This document shows positions 27,413 to 37,634 of a stretch of DNA of 64,000 bases, one piece after another (positions within the stretch are counted from its first letter, which is position 1; every line of letters begins with the position of its first letter). The position numbers were made by a program, and so were the translations under genes. The notes beneath the pieces are model-generated. The model had not been told where the DNA came from, ran no database searches, and saw nothing but the letters and a program-made list of their open reading frames with translations. This DNA comes from an uncultured Lachnospiraceae bacterium (GTDB lineage Bacteria > Bacillota > Clostridia > Lachnospirales > Lachnospiraceae): NCBI GenBank assembly GCA_910586585.1, contig CAJUKA010000016.1, positions 1,931 through 65,930 on the forward strand, written 5' to 3'.

Positions 27413-28222
27413 CTATTTTTTCACGTCTGCTACAGATCCAGGCGCTCCGTCCACATCTACAAAACGATGTGCACAACCGCTGTCTGAACAGCCCGCGCAG
27501 CCCGCGCTGCAGTCTGAGCTGCATCCTGACTGTATTTTATCTACATTTTTACCCTTTTCCTGCATCTTCCTTTTGACGCGGTTTTGCAATGCTGTAAGCG
27601 CCGCAAGCACGAAAAAGGCTCCTGGTGCAAGGACAAAAATACTAATTGGCACATACTCTATCGGCTCTGACATTCCAAATAGGGAAGAAATCGCTGCAAG
27701 CACGCTATTAATAACAGGTTGACCAAAAATTTCACCAGCTCCGAGAAGTTCCCTGACTGCACCAATCGCTGTAAGGGCAACTGTAAAACCAAGTCCCATT
27801 CCCAAACCGTCAAATATAGACGGAATCACAGAATTTTTTGATGCAAAGGATTCTGCACGACCAAGAATAATACAATTAACTACAATCAATGGAATATACA
27901 AACCAAGCGCTGAATACAGACTTGGTATAAAACCTTCCAGCAGCAGTTGAACCATCGTAACAAAAGAAGCTACAATTACTATAAAGGCTGGAATTCTCAC
28001 TCTGTTTGGAATAATATGTCTAAGCAATGAAATAATCGCATTGCTCAGTACGAGCACTGCTGTTGTAGTCAGTCCCATTCCAAGGCCGTTGATAGCAGAT
28101 GTCGTTACCGCAAGTGTTGGACACATACCAAGTGCCAGCACAAAAGTAGGATTTTCCTTTACCAATCCATTGAAAAATACCTCCATGGAACTCTGCTTTT
28201 CTTCGCTGTTTGGATCACTCAT
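27413..28222 (-). CDS. rnfE: Rnf complex subunit E with a Cys-rich C-terminal tail
   Basis: LGMCPTLAVT; IPLIVVNCIILGRAE. Confidence 0.95.
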   Translation of the reverse strand: MSDPNSEEKQSSMEVFFNGLVKENPTFVLALGMCPTLAVTTSAINGLGMGLTTTAVLVLSNAIISLLRHIIPNRVRIPAFIVIVASFVTMVQLLLEGFIPSLYSALGLYIPLIVVNCIILGRAESFASKNSVIPSIFDGLGMGLGFTVALTAIGAVRELLGAGEIFGQPVINSVLAAISSLFGMSEPIEYVPISIFVLAPGAFFVLAALTALQNRVKRKMQEKGKNVDKIQSGCSSDCSAGCAGCSDSGCAHRFVDVDGAPGSVADVKK

Positions 28223-28847
28223 TTATGGCACCCCCTTCTGTCCCCAAAAGTACATTTTGAAAAAACAGCAAACCACCGTTAACCCCATTCACTACCGCTT
28301 TTGTCGTAATGGTTGCACCGCTGATCGCGTCAATTTCACTGTCATTTGTAGAACCAGATTTCGTATATGTAAAACGCTCAACCGTTTTATTTGCAAACTG
28401 AGGCACTAGCACATCTCCTGCCTTCATGCCAAGTCCTGCTGTTTCAGTAATACTCAAAAGCGATATGCCGTTCAGTGTCCCGTCAAGCGTCACACCCATT
28501 GAAAACTGAATATCACCGCCATAGCCTTCATGATCTGTAACAGTAATCACATATCCCATAAGCTGCCCAGAACTGTCAAGTGCCTGCATTACCTCATTCA
28601 CATCTACCTTCAATTCAAGTCCTTCTGGAAAGTATGCCATAAGGTCTTCCCCTTCTTCAAACATAGACTCAAAAGAATCCGCCTGTGAAAATACATTTCT
28701 GCACGCCTGAGCCTTCGCTTTTGCCTTTTGCTGCTCAATCGGTACTTTTGTAACATCATATACAAATCCCAACAACAGTCCTGCTACAAGTGTTATTACA
28801 AAAAGGATCAGCGCATCTTTTAACATTGATTTTTTTTCTTTATCCAT
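28215..28847 (-). CDS. rnfG: Rnf complex subunit G
   Basis: GYGGDI; ETAGLG; flavinylation motif DAISGAT. Confidence 0.95.
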   Translation of the reverse strand: MDKEKKSMLKDALILFVITLVAGLLLGFVYDVTKVPIEQQKAKAKAQACRNVFSQADSFESMFEEGEDLMAYFPEGLELKVDVNEVMQALDSSGQLMGYVITVTDHEGYGGDIQFSMGVTLDGTLNGISLLSITETAGLGMKAGDVLVPQFANKTVERFTYTKSGSTNDSEIDAISGATITTKAVVNGVNGGLLFFQNVLLGTEGGAINE

Positions 28848-28848
28848 A

Positions 28849-29784
28849 TTACGCTGCCTCCTTTTTTGCTTTGCTTTTTCCAAAAGCAGTGGGTTTTGTC
28901 ATTTTTTCAATCAAAGGAACTAGCAGATTTCCCAAAATAATTGCATAGGAAACGCCTTCTGCCGAAGGTCCAAATAATCTGAAAATACCTGTCATAATGC
29001 CTAAAAATATTCCAAATACATACTGTCCATTCTTGGTAATCGGTCTTGTGACATAATCTGTCGCCATGAAAAAAGCTCCCAGCATCAATCCGCCGCCTGC
29101 AAGTTCTGACAAAATATATGTAAAATCAAATCCATGCCCGCTAAACAATAGCAGAAACAGGACAAAACTAAGAATATATGAACCTGGAACTCTCAAATCA
29201 ATTACTTTCAGCACCAAAAGAAAAACTGCTCCAATTAAAATAGCAATCATGCTTGTCTCGCCAATAGTACCTGAAGTTCTTCCTATTATCATATCAAGCA
29301 GTTCTGGTGCACCCTCTCCTGCCTTGATTGCCGCAAGCGGTGTCGCGCCTGTATAAGCATCACAGTCAAAATTTGTCATAATAGATGTAAAGGAAATCAG
29401 CAGAAAACATCTGGCTCCAAGCGCTGGATTCATAAAATTCTGCCCTAATCCTCCAAAAAGCATTTTTACTACAATAATCGCAAAAACACCACCTATTATC
29501 CCAATCCATAGTGGTGCTTCGGGCGGCAGATTTAATGCTAAAAGCAGCCCTGTAACAACAGATGAAAAATCACCAATTGATATTTTCTTTTTCATGCATC
29601 TGTCATATATGTATTCTGTACACACAGTAGTTGCCACTGTTACCAAAATCAATAACAGTGCATGCAGCCCAAAATGAAATACTCCAAATACTGTTGTAGG
29701 CAGCAATGCGATTACCACATACTGCATGAGACGCGCTGTTGTATCCTTTGCACGTATATGTGGGTTTGATGATACCTTAAACAT
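28849..29784 (-). CDS. rnfD: Rnf complex subunit D
   Basis: SSNPHI; FGGLGQNFMNPAL; TGATPL; FFMATDY. Confidence 0.95.
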   Translation of the reverse strand: MFKVSSNPHIRAKDTTARLMQYVVIALLPTTVFGVFHFGLHALLLILVTVATTVCTEYIYDRCMKKKISIGDFSSVVTGLLLALNLPPEAPLWIGIIGGVFAIIVVKMLFGGLGQNFMNPALGARCFLLISFTSIMTNFDCDAYTGATPLAAIKAGEGAPELLDMIIGRTSGTIGETSMIAILIGAVFLLVLKVIDLRVPGSYILSFVLFLLLFSGHGFDFTYILSELAGGGLMLGAFFMATDYVTRPITKNGQYVFGIFLGIMTGIFRLFGPSAEGVSYAIILGNLLVPLIEKMTKPTAFGKSKAKKEAA

Positions 29785-29812
29785 ATTTTTTCTCCCTTAT
29801 AAAATCGTTTCA

Positions 29813-31126
29813 CTATTTTTTCTTTTTCCCAAGAATTGTTTTTCTCATAGACTTGATAGACTGTGTTAATTGGCGTTTCGCCGGACAAATATAGCTACAG
29901 CAGCCACACTCACAACATTCCATACCATCGTTGGCAATAAATGCTTCCTCATCGTAATGCTGTGCTAGCACTGCAAGTTTCTTGGGAACAACCCTTCCCG
30001 GACATACTTCTACACAACGTCCACAATTGATACATGGGCTAGGCTCCATCGCAGATACTTCATCCTTTGTCATGCACAGAAGCGCTGAGGCCGTTTTCGT
30101 CGTAGGAACATTCAAATCAAACAGTGCAAACCCCATCATAGGGCCTCCCGAAACCACCTTTTCCGGCTCTGTCTTAAACCCACCAGCCTCTTCTATCAAA
30201 TCCTTGTAATTCATACCAATACGAACATAAAAATTTCTTGGATCATTTACCGCGTCACCTGTAACCGTTACAATTCTGTTCATCAGAGGCTTTCCCTCTA
30301 CAACTGCATGATAAACCGCAACGATTGTATCTACGTTATCAACAACACAGCCTGCATCTGCAGGAAGCATCGAGGAATTAATCGCCCTGCCTGTTGAAGC
30401 ATAGATAAGCTGGCGTTCTGCGCCCTGCGGATACTTTGTTTTCAACGCTTTTACAGTGATTTTATTTTCATTTTGGGTAAGTCGGGTAAAAAGCTCTACA
30501 CAGTCTGGTTTGTTATCCTCTATCGCCAAAATTCCTTGTGCATTGTCAAACAATTGAAGAATGATTTTCAGTCCATCAACAAGCTTCTGCGGTTCCTCAA
30601 GCATTCTTCTGTAATCTGATGTCAAGTATGGCTCACATTCTGCACAGTTTGCTATCACATAATCAATCTTGTCAGGCTCTTTTGGAGAAAGCTTCACATG
30701 CGTCGGAAACCCTGCGCCGCCCATTCCCACTACACCTGCTTCTTTAATCAAATCAATGATTTCTTTTTTGTTTAGTTTTGATGGATCATGTGGCGTAAAA
30801 GTAACCTCTTCAAATAAATTATCATTGTCAATAATAATGGAATTGACTAGATCACCTGTGACTACGCGCCTGGGTTCAATTGTTTTTACCATTCCTGAAA
30901 CCGTCGCATAGATTGGAGCTGATACAAAACCACCAGCATCTGCTATTTTTTGTCCCACAAGCACTTTATCCCCTTTTTTTACAATCGGTACCGCCGGTGC
31001 ACCGATATGCTGACTCATTGGATATACCATCTCGCCATGTGGCACAATTTCCTTCATTGGCTTATCCTTGGACAGCTCTTTGCCCTCATAAGGATGAACA
31101 CCGCCATGAAATGTGCTTTTTCCCAT
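29813..31126 (-). CDS. rnfC: Rnf complex subunit C
   Basis: FHGGVHP; QHIGAPA; GMGGAGFPTHVK; ECEPYLT; two 4Fe-4S motifs. Confidence 0.95.
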   Translation of the reverse strand: MGKSTFHGGVHPYEGKELSKDKPMKEIVPHGEMVYPMSQHIGAPAVPIVKKGDKVLVGQKIADAGGFVSAPIYATVSGMVKTIEPRRVVTGDLVNSIIIDNDNLFEEVTFTPHDPSKLNKKEIIDLIKEAGVVGMGGAGFPTHVKLSPKEPDKIDYVIANCAECEPYLTSDYRRMLEEPQKLVDGLKIILQLFDNAQGILAIEDNKPDCVELFTRLTQNENKITVKALKTKYPQGAERQLIYASTGRAINSSMLPADAGCVVDNVDTIVAVYHAVVEGKPLMNRIVTVTGDAVNDPRNFYVRIGMNYKDLIEEAGGFKTEPEKVVSGGPMMGFALFDLNVPTTKTASALLCMTKDEVSAMEPSPCINCGRCVEVCPGRVVPKKLAVLAQHYDEEAFIANDGMECCECGCCSYICPAKRQLTQSIKSMRKTILGKKKK

Positions 31127-31409
31127 TGTCTCTCCCTCTTTTCTAATATTCAGCACTCATATTTTTATTTTAATACCTCTATGCCTACAAAATGTATTCT
31201 CAGAACCTTTGCTGTACTTGCTCTTCTGCCAGCTTTCCACAAATAAAATCAACATACGCCTCTTCAATTCATACACATCTGACAAAAAATCTCCGCGCAA
31301 TATCAAACACAAAGAGACACCTAGAATACATTAAGGTATTATAATCAGTATAGCTTAATTTTCTTCTTTTTTCTACACACTTTTAAAAATTATATAAATA
31401 GTACCCATC

Positions 31410-32276
31410 TTACTTTTCGTTTTCTAAGGCACCGTTTTTCTCATACTCCCATTGCAGCTTCATCAAATACCGTTTTTGATATTTCAGCTTGACATACTTC
31501 ATTATTTTATGATAATAAATGGGGTTACTCACACCGCCCAAAACACCTATGATAGGGATTCCTTGTACAAATTTTAAAAGAAGCATATCCATTGCAAATG
31601 AATTGGCTGTCCGCTTTATCTGAGCATCAAATTCTTTTGAATCATATGAAATTCCAAGAAAGATTTTCCCATCTTCTGTATAAGAAACTGTGCTTTGCAA
31701 AAGCACATCTATATTCTTGTTGAGCAGCTTCCATTCTTCTCCCTTAGCAAGCGCAGCTTCCATCATTTTCAGAATCAAAATCCGTTCTGTTGGTGCATGA
31801 TAATCTATCCCATAATGCAGCGCTGACTCATAAATGCCTCTAAGCAATATTCCCACAAACATTACAATATCTGGCAAACCAATTCCAAAGATTCCCAAAC
31901 CAATTCCTTCTGCTGTGGTAATTGCTATATCCCGCATTCCGGATTTTTGCACAGTTTGCTTAATTTTGCGAAGTTCTTTTCTTCTGCCTTTGACTCTTGC
32001 AGCATAGTCATTTACTTCAAAATCTTCTCCAATGGACTCGATATTATAGCTTTTTTCCAGCAAAGGAGTTCCTTTATCAAAAATAATTAAAAATGCCTTT
32101 CCAAATACCTGTTCTAGTGTCTGTAATGTTCTTGATGGAATCTTCTTTTCTAGGGTTTCTTTCCATTGCGGTTCTTCCCAATTTTGAACAGACTGTTCTA
32201 ACTTTTCTTCCTGTTTTCTGATATTGTTTAGTTCTTTTTGAATCGCTGCTTTTTTACGCTTCATTTTATCTGCCAT
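31410..32276 (-). CDS. EcsC family protein
   Basis: EGIGLGIFGIGLPDI; KFVQGIPIIGVLGG. Confidence 0.75.
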   Translation of the reverse strand: MADKMKRKKAAIQKELNNIRKQEEKLEQSVQNWEEPQWKETLEKKIPSRTLQTLEQVFGKAFLIIFDKGTPLLEKSYNIESIGEDFEVNDYAARVKGRRKELRKIKQTVQKSGMRDIAITTAEGIGLGIFGIGLPDIVMFVGILLRGIYESALHYGIDYHAPTERILILKMMEAALAKGEEWKLLNKNIDVLLQSTVSYTEDGKIFLGISYDSKEFDAQIKRTANSFAMDMLLLKFVQGIPIIGVLGGVSNPIYYHKIMKYVKLKYQKRYLMKLQWEYEKNGALENEK

Positions 32277-32408
32277 TGTATTCTTACTCCCTCCATTTGT
32301 ATTCACCTATCTCTGAAATTATCATTATATAACATATGTTATTATAACAAGATGCCATTTTTTTGTCAAGCATCCGCCAATTAAGTTACCGACTCTAAGA
32401 AGGTATTC

Positions 32409-32563
32409 GTTACTTTTCACACCCGCGCCATGCACTTGCTGCATGGCGTCGGAGCAAGCGCCAAAATGCGTGCTTTTTAGCATTTTGTGTGCATCAATTG
32501 TTGCAATTCACACCGAAATCGTTGTAAGTATATGAAAAATCTGGCGTAAGTGTGAATTGTAAC
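32409..32563 (+). mobile_element. 155-bp MITE (family A, copy 1) with 8-bp TSD AGGTATTC
   Basis: GTTACTTTTCACAC...GTGTGAATTGTAAC; AGGTATTC at 32401-32408 and 32564-32571. Confidence 0.9.
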
Positions 32564-32706
32564 AGGTATTCTATTGGAACCGAATTGTATTCTCACTATC
32601 TATGTGAATATCTAGTAACCTTCTATTAATCCACAATGATTATAAGATATATTTTGACACAGTTATTGACTTGTGGTAATTTAGTATTATAGATTAGGAA
32701 AGGATA

Positions 32707-33858
32707 ATGTGCCAAAGGCACTTAGGTGCGCATATGAAATGTATCCAAAAAAGCCTGGAACTACTTACTCCCCAATACCCGCTTGAAAATTTATGTAATC
32801 CACGTCAAACGCTATTTATTGATATTGAAACTACTGGATTTTATGCAAAAAGTTCTAACCTATATATCATTGGATGTGCCTATTTTGATACACAGACAAA
32901 ACCTTATACTTGGCATTCCATTCAATGGTTTGCCTCCAACTATGAAGAGGAACATAATATATTAAATGCTTTTGCAGAATTTGCAGAACCATATCAATAT
33001 CTAATTCATTTCAATGGAAATCAGTTTGATATTCCTTTCCTAGAAGCAAAATTAGAACAATACCAGATTCAATTTGATTTAAAACGTTTTGAAGGGATTG
33101 ATATTTACAGACGTATCGCCCCATTTAAGTATTTTTTGAAACTTCCAAACTGTAAACAAAAAACAATTGAAGGTTTGTTGCATACCGCACGGGAAGATAC
33201 TTATACTGGCGGTGAGCTGATTGATATATATCATGAATATGTACTAGACAGCGATCCAAAAAAGGAATATTTCCTGCTCCTGCACAATGAAGAGGATATC
33301 AAAGGAATGCTTGAAATTGTTGCGGCTCTTGCAATTCCTGACCTGTTCTGTCTGCCCATAAAAGTTAAAAAAGTTCATGCAAATTATTACAAAGACATTC
33401 ATCAAAATCAATGTCCCGAAATTATCATGACTCTAAAATTGCCCACCGCTCTCCCAACAGAGCTATCCTACGAAGCAAATGGCTGCTATTTTATAGGAAA
33501 CGGTGAACTAGGCAAACTTCGTGTTCCTATCTACGAAGGAGAATTAAAATATTTTTATTCTAATTATAAAGACTATTATTATCTCCCTACAGAAGATATT
33601 GCAATTCACAAATCCGTCTCTTCCTTTGTTGATAAAGATTATCGCAAACAAGCAACTGCCAGATGTTGCTACACCCGCAAAATATCTTCCTATCTGCCGC
33701 AATGGGATGTGATATTTACACCATTTTTCAAAAAAGACTATGATGATAAAGAATTGTATTTTGAACTAACAGATGAATTCAAGACCAAACGTGAAGATTT
33801 TAATCTATATGCTCACCATATATTGGAAATGATGGGTGCTTATAAACCCCAAAAATAA
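32707..33858 (+). CDS. YprB-like RNase H-fold exonuclease domain protein
   Basis: FIDIETTG; HFNGNQFDIPFL; LLLHNEED. Confidence 0.85.
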   Translation: MCQRHLGAHMKCIQKSLELLTPQYPLENLCNPRQTLFIDIETTGFYAKSSNLYIIGCAYFDTQTKPYTWHSIQWFASNYEEEHNILNAFAEFAEPYQYLIHFNGNQFDIPFLEAKLEQYQIQFDLKRFEGIDIYRRIAPFKYFLKLPNCKQKTIEGLLHTAREDTYTGGELIDIYHEYVLDSDPKKEYFLLLHNEEDIKGMLEIVAALAIPDLFCLPIKVKKVHANYYKDIHQNQCPEIIMTLKLPTALPTELSYEANGCYFIGNGELGKLRVPIYEGELKYFYSNYKDYYYLPTEDIAIHKSVSSFVDKDYRKQATARCCYTRKISSYLPQWDVIFTPFFKKDYDDKELYFELTDEFKTKREDFNLYAHHILEMMGAYKPQK

Positions 33859-33886
33859 ACCCTGATTATCCCTTACTGACATCATT

Positions 33887-33944
33887 ATAAAAACTCTCGA
33901 ACCAGAAACACACCCAAGTATGTTTCAAGTCCGAGAGTTTTTAT
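33887..33944. terminator. Bidirectional terminator between convergent genes
   Basis: ATAAAAACTCTCG...CGAGAGTTTTTAT. Confidence 0.65.
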
Positions 33945-33965
33945 CTTATAGAAAAGCACTGCTTT

Positions 33966-34745
33966 TTATTTACTTTTCACATAAAAGAACGAATTCTTTC
34001 TGTCAAAATTTATTTCTTTGTAGTTCATAATCTGTTCTGTACTACCTATAAATAAAATACCACCAGGTTTTAAAGAAGCATTGAACTTACGGAACACCTC
34101 ATCCTTAGCCTCTTCTGTAAAATAGATCAGCACATTTCTACATACAATCAAATCATATTTCTCAGGATATGTATCTTTTAAGAGATTATGCTGCTTAAAC
34201 TGCACCCTTGCCTTAATCTCATTGGAGATCTGATAAGATGGACCAACTTTGGTAAAATATTTCTTTTTTAAGTCCTCTGGAACAGATACAACGCTCTTTT
34301 CATTATATAAGCCTATCTTTGCCTTTTCAATAACTTGCTTATCAATATCTGTAGCCAAAATATTAATTTGATTCATTGGAAGATGCCTGGACAACGCCAT
34401 TACCAAAGAATAAGGTTCATCTCCCGTAGAACAAGCGGCGCTCCATATCTTTAGACTCCTGCCAAACTTACCAATAAGCTCTGGAATCACATCTTTATCC
34501 ATCAATTTCCACTGTTCTGGATTTCTATAAAACTCCGAAACATTGATCGTTAGATAATTCACAAAATCATCAAAAATTGCCTTATCATCACGCAGTCTTG
34601 CTACAAACTTGTCATAACCTGTTACCTTGTGTTTTGCAATAAGGGTATCAATTCTGCGCTTCATTTGCTTTTCTTTGTAAGCATTCAAATCAATCTTCGT
34701 AAGTGCAAAAACTTCTTTTTTGAAATATTCATAATCGTAAGCCAT
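33966..34745 (-). CDS. cheR: Chemotaxis protein-glutamate methyltransferase
   Basis: TINVSEFYRN; IWSAACSTGDEPYS; IVCRNVLIYF. Confidence 0.95.
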   Translation of the reverse strand: MAYDYEYFKKEVFALTKIDLNAYKEKQMKRRIDTLIAKHKVTGYDKFVARLRDDKAIFDDFVNYLTINVSEFYRNPEQWKLMDKDVIPELIGKFGRSLKIWSAACSTGDEPYSLVMALSRHLPMNQINILATDIDKQVIEKAKIGLYNEKSVVSVPEDLKKKYFTKVGPSYQISNEIKARVQFKQHNLLKDTYPEKYDLIVCRNVLIYFTEEAKDEVFRKFNASLKPGGILFIGSTEQIMNYKEINFDRKNSFFYVKSK

Positions 34746-34897
34746 GATTACTTTCCTTTCCTAAAATAAAATTTCCCATACCCTCACTCCAGGGACTTTT
34801 TGTAAAACGGTAAAGATATCTTACATTGACAAGACTATACATATGAATGTGATATCAAAACAATATGTTTCGATATCACATCTAATTGCTGATAATT

Positions 34898-36061
34898 CTA
34901 TTCTGCGTCTTCAGCTTCCTGCTTTGCAATCACTGCATCAATATCTACAGAAACAACATCTGAATCGTCATCAGCTGGTTTTTCCTCTGCTGGGGCCTCT
35001 TTTGTTTCTGGTATCAATAATGCTTTGATGCTAAGACTAATCTTCTTGCCTTCCTCATTGAAATCTACAACTTTAGCTGTTACTTCCTGTCCTACTGACA
35101 ATACATCGGCAGGCTTTTCAATATGCTCTCTTGCAATCTGAGAAACATGCAATAATGCGTCAATTCCCGGCTCTAATTCTATAAATGCACCAAAGTCGGT
35201 CATTCTTGCTACTCTTCCTGTCACTTCATTTCCTACAGCATATTTTGTAGATGCATTCTTCCAAGGATTGGAATCGTCAAATTTGAGTGACAATGCTACT
35301 TTGCTTCCATCAATATCTTTAATCAATACCTTGAGAGTCTCTCCAACTTTAAATACCTTCTTGGGATTTTCAACGCGTCCCCAAGACATCTCAGAGATAT
35401 GAAGCAGACCATCAACTCCGCCAAGATCAATAAATGCGCCAAAGTCTGTAACATTTTTAACAGTACCTTCCACAACGTCTCCTACACTGATTCTTGCGAA
35501 CAGCTCTTTCTGCATTTCTGCCTTCTTTGCAAGAATAAGCTGTTTGCGATCGCCAATGTATCTTCTTCTCTTGGGATTGTACTCGCTGATTACAAATTCA
35601 ATTTCCTGTCCTGCATACTTTCCTAAGTCTTTTTCGTATACATCAGAAACCAGGCTTGCAGGTATAAAGATTCTAACTTCATCTACGACAACGCTTAATC
35701 CGCCATCCAATACCTGTGTTACTTTTGCTTTCAAAACTTCCTTATTGTTGAAAGCTTCTTCAATTCGCTTGTTGCCTCTGTCAGCAGCAAGACGCTTGTA
35801 GGTAAGAAGAACCTGTCCCTCACCATCGTTTACTTTAAGAACCTTAACCTCCATCTTATCACCAGGATTAATCATTGTGGTAAGGTCAACATTGGGTTCA
35901 TTGGTGTACTCGTTACGTGTAAGAATACCATCTGACTTGTAACCGATGTTAAGGATTGCTTCATCGGGCTTAACGTCGATGACTGTACCTTCAATTACCT
36001 CTCCTGTATGAATAGTTTTTAATGATTCTTCTAACATTTGTTCAAAAGTTAATTCTGACAT
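34898..36061 (-). CDS. rpsA: 30S ribosomal protein S1 (four S1 domains)
   Basis: FGAFIDLGGVDGLLHISEMSW; lies downstream of cmk-ispH. Confidence 0.95.
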   Translation of the reverse strand: MSELTFEQMLEESLKTIHTGEVIEGTVIDVKPDEAILNIGYKSDGILTRNEYTNEPNVDLTTMINPGDKMEVKVLKVNDGEGQVLLTYKRLAADRGNKRIEEAFNNKEVLKAKVTQVLDGGLSVVVDEVRIFIPASLVSDVYEKDLGKYAGQEIEFVISEYNPKRRRYIGDRKQLILAKKAEMQKELFARISVGDVVEGTVKNVTDFGAFIDLGGVDGLLHISEMSWGRVENPKKVFKVGETLKVLIKDIDGSKVALSLKFDDSNPWKNASTKYAVGNEVTGRVARMTDFGAFIELEPGIDALLHVSQIAREHIEKPADVLSVGQEVTAKVVDFNEEGKKISLSIKALLIPETKEAPAEEKPADDDSDVVSVDIDAVIAKQEAEDAE

Positions 36062-36890
36062 AATTTTGAACCTCCTCAATTATTTTGTTTGGGGTAGAAG
36101 CCCCCGCTGTGATGCCCACTAGTTCTACAGAATTAGGTAATTCTAATTGCAGGTCTTCCAGTGTTTGTATATAGTAAGTATTCTCACATTCACGTTTGCA
36201 TAACTCATAAAGTTTCCGTGTGTTTGAACTGTGAGTACCACCTATCACAATCATAACGTCAGCTTTCGCTGCTAATTCGCTTGCTTCCTTCTGACGTTCC
36301 TCTGTTGCGTTGCATATAGTATTCGCAACAATTATATCATAACCTTTTTTTTGAAAAATTTCAACTAATTCTTGAAATTTCTTGTAGTTAAATGTCGTTT
36401 GCGACACAATGCATAGTTTTTCGCCCGTTTTTGCTTGGAATTTTAAGGCTTCCTCCTGGGATTCTATCACAGTAGCCGTCGTTTTTGACCAACCTTTTAT
36501 CCCCTCAACCTCTGGATGTCCATCATTTCCTATGATAACAATTTGTCTACCATTCCCGGACTCTTTTTCTACAATATTGTGTATTCTCTTTACAAACGGA
36601 CAGGTCGCATCAATGCATTCCAATCCCTTAGATTCTATCTGTTTATAGATACTCTTTGCCACTCCATGAGAACGAATGATGACACTGCCTGCTTCAAGTG
36701 CGTCAAGGTCTTTTAGATTTTCCAGAACCTTTACACCTTTTTTCTGCAAATCTTTTACTACTTCCTCATTGTGGATGATGGGGCCATAGGTATAGATTGG
36801 CTTTTTTTGTTCTGCCTGCTGATACACTGTATCAACTGCACGCTGAACGCCAAAGCAAAAGCCTGACGACTTTGCCACTACTACTTCCAT
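36042..36890 (-). CDS. ispH: 4-hydroxy-3-methylbut-2-enyl diphosphate reductase
   Basis: GFCFGV; DATCPFV; TICNATEERQ; SSNT; TAGASTP. Confidence 0.96.
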   Translation of the reverse strand: MEVVVAKSSGFCFGVQRAVDTVYQQAEQKKPIYTYGPIIHNEEVVKDLQKKGVKVLENLKDLDALEAGSVIIRSHGVAKSIYKQIESKGLECIDATCPFVKRIHNIVEKESGNGRQIVIIGNDGHPEVEGIKGWSKTTATVIESQEEALKFQAKTGEKLCIVSQTTFNYKKFQELVEIFQKKGYDIIVANTICNATEERQKEASELAAKADVMIVIGGTHSSNTRKLYELCKRECENTYYIQTLEDLQLELPNSVELVGITAGASTPNKIIEEVQNYVRINF

Positions 36891-36903
36891 CTAATTCACC
36901 CCT

Positions 36904-37563
36904 TTATCCTTTGCAGAGATTAATAATGGCATCCGCCACTTCTTCAATTGTCATATCAGAAGAATCAAGAAGTACTGCATCTTCAGCCTGTTTCAACGGA
37001 GAAATCTCTCTGTGCATATCCTGATAATCACGCTCTATGATATCCTTCTCAATCACTTCAAGGCTGCAAGATTCTCCTTTCGCGCTCAGCTCTTCATAGC
37101 GTCTTACTGCCCGAACATGACTACTCGCAGTCAAATAAATTTTGACGTTTGCATTTGGAAGAACGCACGTACCGATATCTCTTCCGTCCATCACAACACT
37201 TTCTTTTTGGGCTAATGCCTGCTGTAATTCTACAAGTTTTTTTCTCACATCTTTATTGGCGCTGCTTGACGAAGCCATTTTGCTTACTTCTTCTGTACGA
37301 ATCAGTCCATTGACATTTCTGCCATTGAGCCATACAATCTGTTCTCCATTTTCATATGAAATTGTAACATCTGCCTCGGCAGCCGCCTCGCTGATTTTGT
37401 CTTGTTCTCCTGCTTTTATTCCGCTCTCAATGAAATACAGCGCCATTGCACGATACATTGCCCCTGTATCAATATAAATATATCCTTTTTTCTTTGCAAT
37501 TAATTTTGCTATGGTACTTTTTCCCGCTCCTGCAGGTCCGTCAATTGCAATACTGTAGCTCAT
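36904..37563 (-). CDS. cmk: Cytidylate kinase
   Basis: IAIDGPAGAGKST; DTGAMYR; MDGRDIGT. Confidence 0.96.
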   Translation of the reverse strand: MSYSIAIDGPAGAGKSTIAKLIAKKKGYIYIDTGAMYRAMALYFIESGIKAGEQDKISEAAAEADVTISYENGEQIVWLNGRNVNGLIRTEEVSKMASSSSANKDVRKKLVELQQALAQKESVVMDGRDIGTCVLPNANVKIYLTASSHVRAVRRYEELSAKGESCSLEVIEKDIIERDYQDMHREISPLKQAEDAVLLDSSDMTIEEVADAIINLCKG

Positions 37564-37634
37564 TTCTCATTCTCTCCTTTTATCCTATCTTATAGTTTTG
37601 ACAAAAATTATAGTTTCATTCACTATCAAACACG

